Source of the DNA: the human T2T-CHM13v2.0 reference genome, Homo sapiens
Direction: 5' to 3' (one strand)
Length of the DNA: 64,000 nucleotides
Assembly (NCBI RefSeq): GCF_009914755.1
Contig: NC_060946.1
A program made the position numbers and the translations under genes. Positions 38,501 to 53,661 of the stretch are shown piece by piece. The notes below the pieces were generated by a model that was given only the letters and a program-made list of their open reading frames with translations, did not search any database and was not told where the DNA came from. Each line of letters begins with the position of its first letter. Positions within the stretch are counted from its first letter, which is position 1.

Positions 38501-39959
38501 GCAGGCCCTGGACACTCATGGGGGCTGACCACTGAGAGGCTCCTCTCGCCTGCTGGGCCGGGTGCCTGTGGGTTGAGCAGCCCCTCAACGCTGACACTCC
38601 AGCACCCATCTGGACAAATCCCTCATCCTTGACGATGGCCTTGTGAAGACCCAGGGACCCGTGGCCTGTCCCTGGAGCTGCTGCTGGGACACCAGCTCTG
38701 ACCTGCTGCCTGGGTGGAGGGGTGGCTGGGGCAATGGGGCCGGCTGAACCCTCTGGGAACACGGACTCCACGGGGGCCCAGCAAGTTCGTGAAACAGGGA
38801 GGCTGGCCTCGAGCTGCAGGGGGCTGCCTCCCGAGTCCTCCTAGGGTTCTCCCATCAGGAGGCATCTGTGCATCTACACGGGGCCCGACTCCGGAACCTC
38901 CAGCCTTCCCACGTGCTCCCCCATCCTAAGTTGGTCAGCAGTCCCAAGTCGGTGGGAGGAATGCGAGGCGCCGGCCGGGTGAGTGCTGTGACCAGGCTGA
39001 CGTCGGGGGAAGAGACAGGAACACATCCCGCCAGGACACTGAGCTGGTGCTCACCTAACTTGTGCTCCCTGCCGCCCTCTTGTGGGTGGGCAGACACCAG
39101 CAGCTTCAGTCAGTCTCGTGTCACACAGCTGCGCGAGGTAGCTCCACACGCACCTACGCGTCTGGAGGATGCTATCCCTGGCTACTTTGGGGACCACTCA
39201 ATACTGGCAGCCTCACCACGGTTCAGGTGTTGACTGTCCAGGGAGGCCCTCAGCCCCATCCACCTAGTCCTGAGCCACCCCACCCTGGCCCCACCCTGGG
39301 CCCCACGGCTGGAAACAGCCTGCTCCAGTACTGGATGTGCACTCTGTGGCTCGGACGCCACGGGGGCATGAAAAGGGGCTGTGTGTGCAGCACAGGGACT
39401 GTCTTCCTCCTCCGTCCTGGCAGTAGGTGGCTTCTCTGGCAGTGTGGCTGTGGCACATGTGGCCTACCCACAGCAACTGGACTCCTCTGCCTTCCCCGGC
39501 AAAGCCCCCGCTGCAGGAAGACCTTGGGGCAGGGGGCACACGAAGAGGCTGCTGAAAAAGCTCCTGGTGAAGCTGAGCAGCCACAGGCTGTTGGGAGGGC
39601 CACGGGCCTGGTCTCATAGGCTCCTGTGCTGTGTGCGGCAGGAGGCTCCGGCCCCCGGCCAGTGTTTGGGTGGTATGGCCTCACCCTCCTCACTGGGCAT
39701 CACTGGGGAGGTCATCCGAGCAGGGGACACGAAGAGGGGAGGGTCTAGCACGTGGGCCAGTGTGGCCAGCTTATAAAATGGAATAAAATGGCATGTCTTG
39801 TCCCTTCATTTTTGGCTGATTCTTAAGATGGGACTATGTGAGGATTCAGGGTTCAGGAGGGACTTTGGAGCTGTTAAAGATGTGGTGGTTCATGAAAGAA
39901 GAGCTTCTTGTTTTTTGTTTTAAAATAGTTTTTAAAATTTAAAAATGATAGAGCCTATA

Positions 39960-40233
39960 CTTTTTTTTTTTTTTTTTTGACAGAGTCTCACTGTCACCCA
40001 GGGTGCAGTGGCACAATCTTGGCTCACTGCAACCTCCACCTCCCAGGTTCAAGCAATTCTCTTGCCTCAGGCTCTCCAGTGTGCCACCACACCCAGCTAA
40101 TTTTTGTATTTTTAGTAGAGACGTGGTTTCGCCATATTGGCCAGGCTGGTCTTGAACTCCTGACCTCAGGTGACCCTCATGCCTCGGTCTCCAGAAGTGC
40201 TGGGATTACAGGCGTGCGCCACGGCGTGTGGCC
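39960..40233 (-). mobile_element. AluS with internal deletions
   Basis: Alu consensus. Confidence 0.85.
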
Positions 40234-41309
40234 TTTTTGTGTGCTTCTGACAGTGGCTCTGGCCTGGCCCAGCAGCCTTCCTTTCTGGTGTCCTCCCTAA
40301 AGCAATACTTATCATTTCCTGCCACCTGAGGTGGCTGTGAACTGCAGCCCAAGGCTGCCTGGTGCAGCTCTGACAAGCAAGCCCTTCTGAGGAACAAGAG
40401 CCTGGGGGTCAGGTGACTACCAAGCCCCATTTCCTTTCCCAACAGGCAAGTGACCCAGCTCTCCTTGTACGGGATGTCCTCTAGGGCCACAGGATATGCA
40501 CTTTGAGCTGCTCATCCATTTTTGTCCTCTGTTCTACCTGACACGCCCACATTTGTCCCAGCCAGGCCTTTCTTTGTTCTGGAATAGCTGGGAACGCAGC
40601 TGGAAGGACTGGGAGCCAGCTTCCACTGAGTGGCTTCTAGCTGCCTGTAGGCGGTGTGGCTCACGTGCACAGAGCTGCTGCGGTCTTTCCCTCCCTGCAT
40701 GGCGCCCCTGGATGGTCACAGGGTCAGCCGTGCTCCCAACAATGCAACACACCGAGGGAGGGGTTAGAGAGACAGCTGGGGCGTGCCTCGGAGGCTTCTT
40801 AGAACAAAGAAAGAGGAGCTGGCCAGGACTGTTCCCTGTAATCTCCTGGGGACAATTTTCAGGCTAACGAGCAGTGACCCTACGCACTGAATGACCTCGA
40901 GATCGTTGAAACATCTGAAAGGTTTAGGCGTGGGTGCTGCAGACCCCATGCCATGGACTCCCGGGTCAGCTGTGCTGCAGGACAGAGCCAGGCAGGGCTG
41001 GAAGGAGGGCTGCCAGGACCACAGCATCACCCTGACTCAGAGTATCTCCAATTCAAAGAGCACACTTCCCTTCCAGAAGCTACTGGGGCTTCGTCTGAAG
41101 AGTGGCTGCTTCTCAAACTTGGCTGCCTAAGACATTTACTCAAGTGACAGCAGTTGTGGCTGAGCCAGGATATTATGGAGGACTAAAAAAAAGCACGAAC
41201 TTAAAAAAAACCATGTATTCTTTAAACCGTCTTGCACGCACCCAGGCACGAGCTAGATGCGTCATACCTTGCACCTACACCATCCACCTGAAAAATACAG
41301 TAAAATGAC

Positions 41310-41345
41310 TTAAGAAACACACTATTTATTTGAAAAACTTTTATT
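41310..41345 (-). terminator. MICAL3: MICAL3 polyadenylation site
   Basis: AATAAA on minus at 41345-41340 and 41330-41325, followed by GU/U-rich GTGTGTTTCTT; another AATAAA at 41442-41437. Confidence 0.75.
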
Positions 41346-44300
41346 TTGCATAAAACAGACCCATTCCCTTTGTGGGTCAGATGTTACCACCTTTAAAAAA
41401 ATGTTTTTTAACTCTCCTTTCTGTCCCACTGAAAAATTTATTTTGAAAGGGTTAAGAAGAGTCTATCATTGCTGGTCAAAATCGGCCTGAGGATGGCCGC
41501 CAGGGACAGAGGCCTGAAGGCATCATCTGGGCAGGCCTGGAAGCCCACGGGGTGCAGCATCCTCAAGCCCAGGGGCGGGAGCGCCTCCGGCCTGCCCTCC
41601 AGGGAAGCTGCATGTGGACCTCCACGGTATTCAGCCTCCAGTTTAGTCAGCCTTGAGTCTGGGCTGCTCCCGCACCTGGTGTTTTATGCGTGTGATATAT
41701 GTGTATCCATCCTGCTTCCCTGCCTTCAAGGGAAGACTTAACTCTCCGAGAGAAAACCTGCCTGGAGCTGCGCACATTCTCACAGCTTGAGAACGCTTGA
41801 CGCAGGAAGTCACCAGAGTACTCAAGTCAACCGCAAACTAGTGGTTACAAAATGGGAGCTTTAAAAAAAGTGCTCTACTAGAACTGGGTGTCCTCACAGT
41901 CGGGAGCAGAAGGCTGGGGCGCAGGCCTGCGGCTCTGCGGCGCCTCTCTGCAAAGGCTCGGGTCCACCTTCCAGACTGCAGGCTGCCGTGTGTGCTGTGG
42001 AGGATGCCACAGTGTTAAGGCTGACCAGGACCAGAAGGTGACACTGGGCTCTCCTGCTACGTCTGGCCACTTACAGCAGATCCCTAGGCCACACTCCTTC
42101 CAAGCCACTTTGCAAACTGTTTCCCTGTTGTGGGGCCAGCAGGAGCTACAAGGGCCGAAGGCGGCTCTGCCGGGGCTGGACCGGTTTTGTGGCATTCGAG
42201 GAGAGGTCTGGGAAAGGCCACGCAGGCAGTGAAGGTCTTTTCCCACGTCCAATTTTATGGGACGACTGGGGTTTGAAGATGGAATCTAGAAACCCTCCTC
42301 TCCCCTTTTTTAAGTAAAGAGAAAAGAAAAGGAGACCTTTGCCTCACGTGAGAACAGGTGGAGAATCAGCGCTGTGGCGGCCACTAGCGGCGTTATCTCC
42401 CGGATGTGCATGGGAGAGAGATGGCAGCTTCTGGACAGACAAGGATGACACAGGTTCTTTGCTCCTTTGCAGCTGGGATGAATGTTCAAGTTGAAGCACA
42501 GTGTGGTTCCCATGGAAAGCCCAAGGTCAGCACAGCCACTCAGCCTGCTCCACTGCGGGACGCCTTGGAGGGGCCAGGCCTCTGCTCCCAGCTGGCCCCA
42601 GCCCACGGAGGCGGCAGGCGGCTGGAGCGCCCCTGGCAGGCGGGTCTGGTCCGGATGGCTCCTCGCTGGGCTATGTGCTGACTGCTTTGATGGACAAGCA
42701 CCCCACCCCGATTAGCTCAGTGGCTTGATGAGCTGTACACAGCCAGGCTGGTGCGGAACCGTGAGAAAGGAACAGTTTGGCTATAGGAGCTAGTGATTCG
42801 GGGCTCGCCCTTTATGTCCCCATGAAGATCCGGCACAAGGCAGGTGCCCGTCGCCTTCGGAAGGAAGGGCGGGAGTCGCTGATCTGCTTGAGAGGCACCA
42901 GCCTGCATCCCAGCATCCACTGCAGCACTCGCGTTTCCGTCTGGGTGAATCTTAGGCTGGGAGGAGGGAATTCTCACCAGCCACATGATTCCAGGGTCCC
43001 ACCTTGCACCCTCTTGGCCTGTGTGGATGAGGGCCCATCCTGAAACCTTCTTTAACATATGTGCGGAGGAAGGTGATGCCCTGGCCCCCAAACTGAGACA
43101 AGGGCGAGTTCTGCAGAGCCGGAATTCTCACTGGGAGGGTGAGAGTGGCAGCTCTGCTGTTGGCCTGGCCCAAAACAGAACGGAAATGCACCCTCATCAC
43201 ATGAGTGGTCCAGATGGTCTAGCGCCAGGGTGAGGCAGGCACCGGGTGGAGGAGGGGACAGAAAGCTGTGAGGAGGACCCACACAGGGGTTCTGGGCAGC
43301 TCCCTGATGCCAGCCAGGCCAGTGATACGAAGAGAAAGGCTAATAAATAGATGCACGTGAGGAGCACCGGGCAGCCCCGGACCAGGTCGCGTAGGACGCA
43401 CCAGATGCCGCTGTGGCTCCCGCACCCGGGCGCAGGTGATCAGTTCCTCTAGTAAAGATACACAAACGAAGTTACTTCTTTTCAAGTATTAAAAAATAAG
43501 TTAATTGACAAAAAGGGTTTGAAGCGGCTGAGCGTCTTGCCAGGTTGTCAGCTTCATTTCAACGTGCAAACACAGGAAAAACACGGAGGAAAAGGTCATC
43601 TCCTGTCCCGACATAAATGTGGAACAGGGACAATGCCTGTCTGCCAACTGGGGGCTTAGAATGTAGGGCCTCATCCTGTCCCCCAAAGTCAGCATTTTCC
43701 AGTGTCAAAATGGTTGTGAACTACAAGCAAAATGCAGCAACCCACAAGCCTCAGGCCACAGCCAGCAAGCGGCCCAGGCATTTGGCCACTTAGGGTCCAG
43801 TGTGTGGTGTTCGGCTGGAGGGCAGACCCCTCCTGCGTCCTCCTAATTTGCATAATAATTCAGGAGCCTGCCCGCACCTCCATGTCTCCTGTGATGCTGG
43901 GGTGGGCATGACTGGACGCCCCCATCCTGGGTCTCGATCGCACCCTGACCCCTGACCCTGCTTTCGTGGGGTATTGTTTACGTTTCTTTGGTGGTGCTCC
44001 AGGGAGCATGAAGAAGACAGTGCCCCTCGCACGGCGCACTGTGGTTCTGACGGGGAGCAGCTTCCCTCTCTTACCAAATGTGCCAGTGGAAAAAAGGGGC
44101 ACAGCCAGCACATCCTCAGGGAGCGCGCGGGGTGGTCCCCTGCGTCATGCCATACACGCCGTGCTGCTCCTCTGAGTGGGAGGTCCAGGTGGGCCTCCTC
44201 CCAGGAGGTGGAGCCGTCTCAGATAACCACTGTCACCTGGGGCTCCCCACTGCACGCGGGACTCGACCACTTTCCAAGCAGCACACGGGCATCTGAGCGT

Positions 44301-44407
44301 AAACTCCAAGGAGGTGCCAGGCCTCCTCAGATCGCGGCTCCGGGTGGTTTGGATGCCACTGCCTGGCCAGGCGGATGCCAACAGAAAATGGAGCGTTGGG
44401 TGGGAGC
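41322..44407 (-). other. MICAL3: MICAL3 3'UTR (~3.1 kb)
   Basis: Repeat-poor sequence between the stop codon and the polyA signals. Confidence 0.8.
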
Positions 44408-44592
44408 TCAGGACCAGTTAAGGCTGAAGCCCTTGGACAGCATGGCAGCCTCCAGGTCCTTGTCCTCCTCTCTCTCCCGGAGCCGCTGCTCCTCCAGCAG
44501 CGCCACCAGTGAGTCTCTCTGCTCCACCACCTCCAGCATCTCATTGAGAATCTGCTTCTCTTCTGACAGCTCCTCCTCAGTCTTAAGGTGAT
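44408..44592 (-). CDS. MICAL3: MICAL3 last coding exon (DHLKTEEELSEEKQILNEMLEVVEQRDSLVALLEEQRLREREEDKDLEAAMLSKGFSLNWS*)
   Basis: cttctccttcaag|ATCAC acceptor; TGA at 44410-44408; bMERB helix 3. Confidence 0.95.
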
Positions 44593-44673
44593 CTTGAAGG
44601 AGAAGAAGGCATGAGGTGAGGGGCCTGGAGGTGGCACCCACCCTGGCCTCCATGGGTGCCTTACCCCACTCAC

Positions 44674-44747
44674 CTTCCACTGCCATGCGTTCCCGGAGCT
44701 CCTGCTGCAGTCGACTCTGCCGGTCTTCCAGCTCCAGCTCCCGGGCA
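44674..44747 (-). CDS. MICAL3: MICAL3 penultimate exon (FARELELEDRQSRLQQELRERMAVE)
   Basis: ctcctcag|TGCC...GAAG|gtgagt; 74 nt; phases fit both neighbours. Confidence 0.95.
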
Positions 44748-44877
44748 CTGAGGAGGCAGGGCAGGAGGGAGACAAGCCACAGTGACTGGGGACCACCCCT
44801 CACCCCCAAATCTGGAAGGACCTCCATGCCGGCTGTGACAAGCATAGCGCTGACGCCCCCTACCCAAGGCCACTCAC

Positions 44878-44977
44878 AAGATCATCAGCTCCGACTCGTA
44901 GCGCACCATGGCGTTCTTCTCCTGCACTAGCTTGAACCACTCCTGCATCAGCTTGGGGTCGTCCTTCTTGCCCATGC
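44878..44977 (-). CDS. MICAL3: MICAL3 exon (GMGKKDDPKLMQEWFKLVQEKNAMVRYESELMI)
   Basis: ctcggcag|GCATG...ATCTT|gtgagt; 100 nt; bMERB signature W-F-x-L-V-x-E-K-N. Confidence 0.95.
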
Positions 44978-47404
44978 CTGCCGAGAGAACGCTTGTGTCG
45001 GGTGCAGGGAGTGCCGCGCCCACCCTGGCCCGCAGGAATCACACGGGGCAAATGTGCAAAGAGGGCCGAGCAAGATGCTGCCGGAACTTCCACTCCCAAG
45101 CCAGGCCCAAGGTTTGCCTGCAGCCATGGGGCCCTGGCGTCCCCCTTCCTGGGGCCTGCGCTTTCCCGTGTCCTGCCATCCCTGTTCACCCCGTCAGCGA
45201 CCTCGCCAGCAGGGACCTTGCCCTCCCCGGGGCTGGTTTCTACCCCTCCTGCTCTGTGTGCTCTCTTAGGATGACTTACATTGCTTTCCCTCTTTTTTGC
45301 CACTCAATGTTTATTTGGCACTTGCTATGTACTAGGTCTCCTTGGAGGAAACCCGTCTTGTTAAACGAGACAAATGTGAATTTGTAAACTGCACCCTGCC
45401 CTCAGGTCATGCTCATTTAACTCAGCTCTTTCTTGGGCTACTGCCCCTCTCCAGGGGCCACCAGAATAGATGCCTTGTCCATTTGTTTACCTCCTGACCA
45501 GGAAGAGAAGATACCACCCCTTAACTTGTGGCCTATCAAGCTTCCGGATGCTCTCCCGCTGGATCCCGCATGGTCGATGCAGGGCATCTCAGGATGGCCG
45601 CAGGGTTTCTCACCAAGAGCAGAGAAACACTAGCAGCCCCTGGGGATGGAAGGAGGTGGCCACGCCCTGCCCTGGTCCAATCCAACAGAATGCCTGTGTC
45701 TGGTGGCTGCCTGCTAGCTCAGGCTGCCTGAACCAACAGGTGCCGATACCAAACCTCCCCCAGGGACGGCCTGACCACTGGGCTTCACTGTGGCAGGAGG
45801 ACAGAAGGAAGAAGTCTCCAAGGGACCAAGCCACCCAACGAGAGAACAAGGTCCTTTTCCTTGGAGCACAGAAGTTCATGGCAAAAGTGTGGTCCTGCCT
45901 AAAATACATGCTGTGTCAGTGGCTCTTCAATATTTTTGGATTACAAACCACTTTGAGAATCTCATAAAAGCTAGGGACTCTCTTCCTAGAAAAATGCTTA
46001 TGTGTGCAGAGCAAACCATTTGATGCAGAGTTCCAAGCTGCTCCTGGGCTTCCTGGGGTCCATCCATGGGCCTCAGGTTAAGGGGCACTAGACGGGGACA
46101 TCTTTCAGAGGCCCTTGCACTCTCTGCGTCCCTTGGCAGGGGGCGTTCTAGGCCAGTTAAGACAAGCCCAGGAGTGTGAGGAACACAGCCTCAGAAGGGC
46201 CAGCCACAGCCCGAGTCCTCCCTCACTGCTAGCTGCCTTTCTCCACCTGCCTTTCTGGCACACGGTACACAGACACACCTCTTATCTGCAGTGGTGTCTG
46301 CTAGACAGTTAGTCTCTACCCAGTGGCCACACCAAGGAGGCAGAAATGCACCATGTTCAACAAGCAGGGGTTAGTGTCTGTACTGTGCCCTAGTGCACAT
46401 GCGGTTCTGCTCCCAAGGGGGTTCCTGCCCCTGAGCCTCCTCTGAAGGACGGAAACCCCCCAGCCTGTCCAGCCTGCAACTGTGGAGTGTGTGCCTGAGG
46501 GTCAGGGGACCAGCGCTCTCCTCACCCAATCCAATAGGCTTGGGTTTTGGCCTTTAAGCCAGCCCCCACTCAGTTCCATGCATTGCTTTCGGAGCGTCTC
46601 TGCACAATGTGCCCACATGGCCGTGGAGGAGGGGCCCGAGGCATGCAAGCTGTCCAGTGCGCCCGGCCACGGCGGCACCAGGGAGTCTCTCCCGCTGCCC
46701 ACCTCCCCACGAAGATACAGAAAATGCCACCGGAGACGTGCGGACAGCGCTCACTAGCTATGGAGAGCTCGCCCACGGCCGCCAGGCAGGGGCTGTGGTG
46801 TGTGAGCGAGAGTCGGGTGAGCGCTGTGGACGGCAGGTAAGAGTTAGCAGGGTTAGTCACGGCCACACCCCCCACATGCCTTTCAACGACAATCTTATCA
46901 CCACAACAGACTTCAAATCAGACAAACTTAAAACACGCACACTCAGCAAGACACGAGGTAGAGAGGTTTGCTTTCAGTGGTTGTTTGGAAAGGGGCCCGA
47001 GGGCACTGGTGTAGATCAGTCTTTGTAAGGACAGTATTCCTTGACTCTCCCATCCAAATCGCTGCACGCAGGCGGGAGGCTCCTCACCTGCATGCCTGCC
47101 CCTCTATCTGATGGATCTGAGACTTAAAGCCCCAGCCACGAAGGGCCAGCCAATGCTGCAGCCCTGAAGGACCCAGACCTGGAGGCTCTCTGGCTTTACT
47201 CTGCACCCTGGTCCTCCCCATAGACAGTCAAAGGGATACTGTACCTTTAGAAACTGCCACAGACTCATGACATTTTGTAACAGGACTATTGAGGGTCAGA
47301 GAGAAAGAAAGAGAGAGAGGTAGGTGGGTTCTGGCTCTGTGTTTGACTAGTGTTGCTACACCCCCTCCGAGGCAGTGGGGATGGGGTTGGCGAGGTTACG
47401 TTAC

Positions 47405-47470
47405 CTTCCTGGACACAGCAAGGGCAGAAGGAGAGAGGTCTACGTCGTGGAGTCCCGCCACTGGGCTCAA
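47405..47470 (-). CDS. MICAL3: MICAL3 in-frame cassette exon, 66 nt (VEPSGGTPRRRPLSFCPCCVQE)
   Basis: ccttttgaag|TTGAG...GGAAG|gtaacg; symmetric phase 1-1; preceded by a ~210-nt AG-free pyrimidine tract. Confidence 0.75.
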
Positions 47471-50400
47471 CTTCAAAAGGGACCAAGCAAGGAAGAGGAG
47501 GAGACGGAGAAAGACAAAAAAGGAAGAGGAGGAGAGGAGCAGGAATTTGGAAGTGGAGAGGGACAGGGAGAAGGTGGAATAAAAACAAGCAGAGGACAAA
47601 AAGCATAAAAAGTGAGAAAGGAACAACAGGAGGAAAAGAAAATAATACAAGAAATGGAGAAGCAGAAACAAGGGAAACAAAGTCTACAAATGAATTAAGT
47701 CCTTTTTTCAGCACGGAACTGAACGAGAGCAGATCCAGCTCTGGCAGCATCACAGAGGGGGCGGGGGGCCAGAGCCACAGTGTGGATTCCTCCAAGAGGG
47801 ATGATGTGTTCCCTACACAATGATGGCAGCACTCGGGCCACAGGGCCCTCCTGCCTCTACTCCTTATCAGGAGGGCAGTGGCATCTGGGTTGTCATACCG
47901 GGGCCTTTGGGGCCTTGGGCCCCCTCCTCAAAGCCCCTGGATAGGTCTGCCTGGCTCTGAGACAGACTGCATTCAATAAGTGGCCAACATGGCTTCCAGG
48001 CTTGCAGGTGACAACCTGGGGTCACCTCCCAGACCCACGTGGAATCCTCTAAGATGTCACCACAGGTATGTGCCTGAGGCAAAGCTGGCCTTGACAAGTG
48101 CAGGGCAAGGAGGGGCCTCTGAGTCTGTGGGGGCAGCACGCCATCCGGTGACGGGCCTCCAGGACGCTCACACCTGCGCTCCTTCAAATTCTGAGCCAGG
48201 ACAATTTTGGGGAAATGTACAAACACAGAGGTGACTTCCACCCGTCCGTGTCACTGTCCCCTCTCTCCCCCAGGAACAGGGAGAGCCAACCACCCCCTTT
48301 CCTTCTGGCCCTTCTATGGCTGTGCAGGGACCCCATGCTGCAGCTGGGGGCTGTCACACTCTGGATTGTGAGACCAAAGGGGTGAGCTGACAGGACACGC
48401 CAAAACTTACAGGAACGATGCTGGGAGGAGTGCTGACGGGGCATCGAGAGACAGTGTGCAGAGAGACATCTCTAGATCTGGGGTCTGATGGCTACTCAAG
48501 GACGAGGGAGAGGAGTTTGGCAAGGGACCATCACAGAACCACAGAGCACACACAGGGACAACAGAGCCCAGGAAGACACGGGGCCTCGGCCCGCGGGGAG
48601 GGCAGTGTGTGGTTTACAGAGAGAACAGGGTTGAAGAAATGGCCTTGTTTTACTCAACAGAAGGCCAACAAGACAAAGAGCTGGCTGAGAGGCCGCTCAG
48701 CGGTGCAGCTGCATGAATACAGGTGTTTTCTGTCTTTGAACCCTTCCAGCGTGGCGTACCTTGGGCACACTGAATCTGCTATTGGGTACAACTTCAAAAC
48801 CAAAGCCAGGGACAGTGTGCATGCGTGTGAAATGCTGAGTGTACCCAATGTGCTAAGCACACACGGCACAGCCGGCCGAATGCATGGGTACGAGGGAGGA
48901 TTTCTTTCCTCAACAATACACTCTGCCTTACAGCCGACCTACAGTCAACCTCGGCTTCAAAGTGTAGTCTGTCTTCAGGCTTGGAACACCTGGATGAATC
49001 CCATCAAATACGTCAGTGAACAGTCCCTGCCACCTCCTGGGACTGGTGTCACAGGTGAATAGGCCATGCTGTGGAGCGGAACAGCGCCCATGTGATACAC
49101 AACCAAACACATCCAAAAGGAAGAGGCAGGCGCCTGCACGGGTAATAATTACAACACGTGTTTCTGCTTTCTGGACAGCACAAAATACAGCTTTCAGCTG
49201 TTTTTATGTAGGCCACATCCTCATACGCCCTTCCCAACACAGAGAACAATATAACAGAATACTGGGAACAGAATTAGGAAATGAAATTAGAAAAAGGGAG
49301 CATCAGGTAAAGCAAGCATTTAAAGAAGCCAAAAAGGCTTTCTCCTAGCAAGAGGCAGAAGCGCGTGTGAGCGGCCGGCGAGTCCGAGCTGCGCTGCGGG
49401 GCCGCTACCTTCGGACTTCCCTGTACGCTCCACACTTCCACAACGGGCGAGGCTACTTTTATAATCAGAAAAAATGCCCAATCAATACAATTTTCAAAAG
49501 AAGAAGTGGAAGGGAAAAACCAATCCAACAAGGGGAGTTCCACCTGACTGGAACCTGACTGAGCATGCATGGGGCGGGGGTGGGGGGTTTATAGTAAATG
49601 CTTTGCCTTTTAGGGGGATGTAAGAAATAGAAGACTTGGTTCACTGGTTCTAAGAACAAAGATGCTGTCAAGCTTCTGGCAAATGGAAGTTTTTTGGTTT
49701 TTCTCAACATCAGGGTAACGGGTTTCCATCTGTTGCTAACAGGTGCTATAATTTACCACTTCTCAAAGCACTCCTGCGTGCCCTGGGCGCTGGCCACCCC
49801 TCCTGAGCTCCCGAGCAGTGAGCGGGTCCTGGTCAGAGGACCCCTCCTCCCTGGAGCACTCTGCTGCGTCTCCAACACTCGGGGGCACATCTGCTCCATC
49901 TTTCCCTCTGAAGCAGCACTTCCTTTGGACGTGTGACCCAGGGGTGGCTCTTTAGTGCCACTCGCTTGACACCTGGCGGGCAGGCAGTGCCTGTCACCAA
50001 ATTTCAAAAAGCAACAGTACACCACCAGGGAGTGAGGCCTGTCCAGAGCAGCGCATGAGATGGGCACGGATGGCACTCTCCGGCTTCAGGGCGCCCTCGC
50101 ATGCACCACCCACGTGATCCTCACACCGGCCAGGTGTGGCTGCCAGGATGGGCAAATTCAAATGAGGGTTCTGAGGCTCAACGGAGTTAAGTGTGGCAGA
50201 GCCTGGAAAAGAAGCCAAATCTTCTTGCCCACTCTGAACTCAGAGCTTTCCCTCTTCAACACAGGCTCCAGGCAAATGTAACAAATGCTGGCGTCTCAGG
50301 CAGCTCAAGGAAGAGCAGTCCCACAGACCCTGATCAGAATGTCACACCTGGAAGGGAGGCCCGATGTCCCTTCCTGCCTCGTCTTCTGAAGAGGCCCTGA

Positions 50401-50904
50401 GAGGGTAAGTAGAGTCTGTTTTGTCTGTGCCTGGGGAGACAGTGAAGGCAGGACCTGAATCCAGGCCTGGCCTTCCTAAGTCGGGGTACCCCCTACACTA
50501 CCACCTGGCCCTTGGCGCACCCGAGCACCTCACTCCAGGCCCTGCCTCTCATGGGCCCAAGACCCAGTGTGGGGTAGAATGGCCAACAGTGTGGGGGAAA
50601 GAGTGGCCAGCTGTAGGGCAGGTCCCCTTCTCTGTACTTGTACTTCTATATTCCCACCTTCTCTCCAACCAAGACTCTTCACCTTGGCACACTGCATCAA
50701 GAAGACACCCGGGCAGCTGGAAAAACAAGCAAGCAGATGAGCCCACACACTGAACCTAGATGGTCATCTGGAAGGCAGGCAGGGCCTACCTTAGTCCTTC
50801 TGGTACTCGAAATCCAAGAGCCATAGCCCTGAGACTGGGGAGCAGAGGCTTGAGTGCCTTGCTCACAAGGATTAGTGAGGATGCGGTCAGAAAGCTCGGA
50901 GGTA

Positions 50905-53065
<2,161 letters not shown>

Positions 53066-53571
53066 ACTTTCACAAAGCAAAGTGCTCAGGGCTGGAATTC
53101 CTTGGCGGCTCAGGTTTACGGAGTGGGGCCACCGTAGATTTTCCACTCTGCCTTGCTCAGGTTATGCAGCCTGGGAAGTGTGAGGGAAGACTGACCAAAT
53201 GTGTTGCTGACTAAGAAGGCACTCGGCTATTCTGAGTCCCCAACCCAGGAAGCCTATTTGGTGGGCACCACCAATGCCATGCTCCTGGCCTGGGGCAGCC
53301 TTGGCACTGCAAGGCTGAGGTCCAGTCTAAAACCTCGGGCGATGACAAACACCATGGCCCTGACAGGGGTCCCAGCTGGCTGGTGTGCAATACTGCAGAC
53401 ATGCAAGCAGCTGTCATGACAGGGTGAGGCTGGTCCGGCAGGCCCAGTCTAGCATACACATAGTGGGGCTGGGAGACACCTGGTGCTACACAGACTTAAT
53501 GCAGAGATAAAGCTCCAGGTTGGGAGGAAAAGTGAAGGCAAAAAACCAAACAAATGCATGTAAGAATTACA

Positions 53572-53622
53572 ATCTAAAACACACAAACACACACACACAC
53601 GCGCGCTGGGAAACCTCACTCT

Positions 53623-53661
<39 letters not shown>

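Noticed and set aside
44408-44845. 145-aa ORF as a standalone gene
   Set aside because: It reads through the 81-nt in-frame intron joining two MICAL3 exons
47286-47795. 169-aa hydrophobic 'membrane protein' ORF
   Set aside because: The hydrophobicity comes from translating the polypyrimidine tract; only 47405-47470 has exon boundaries
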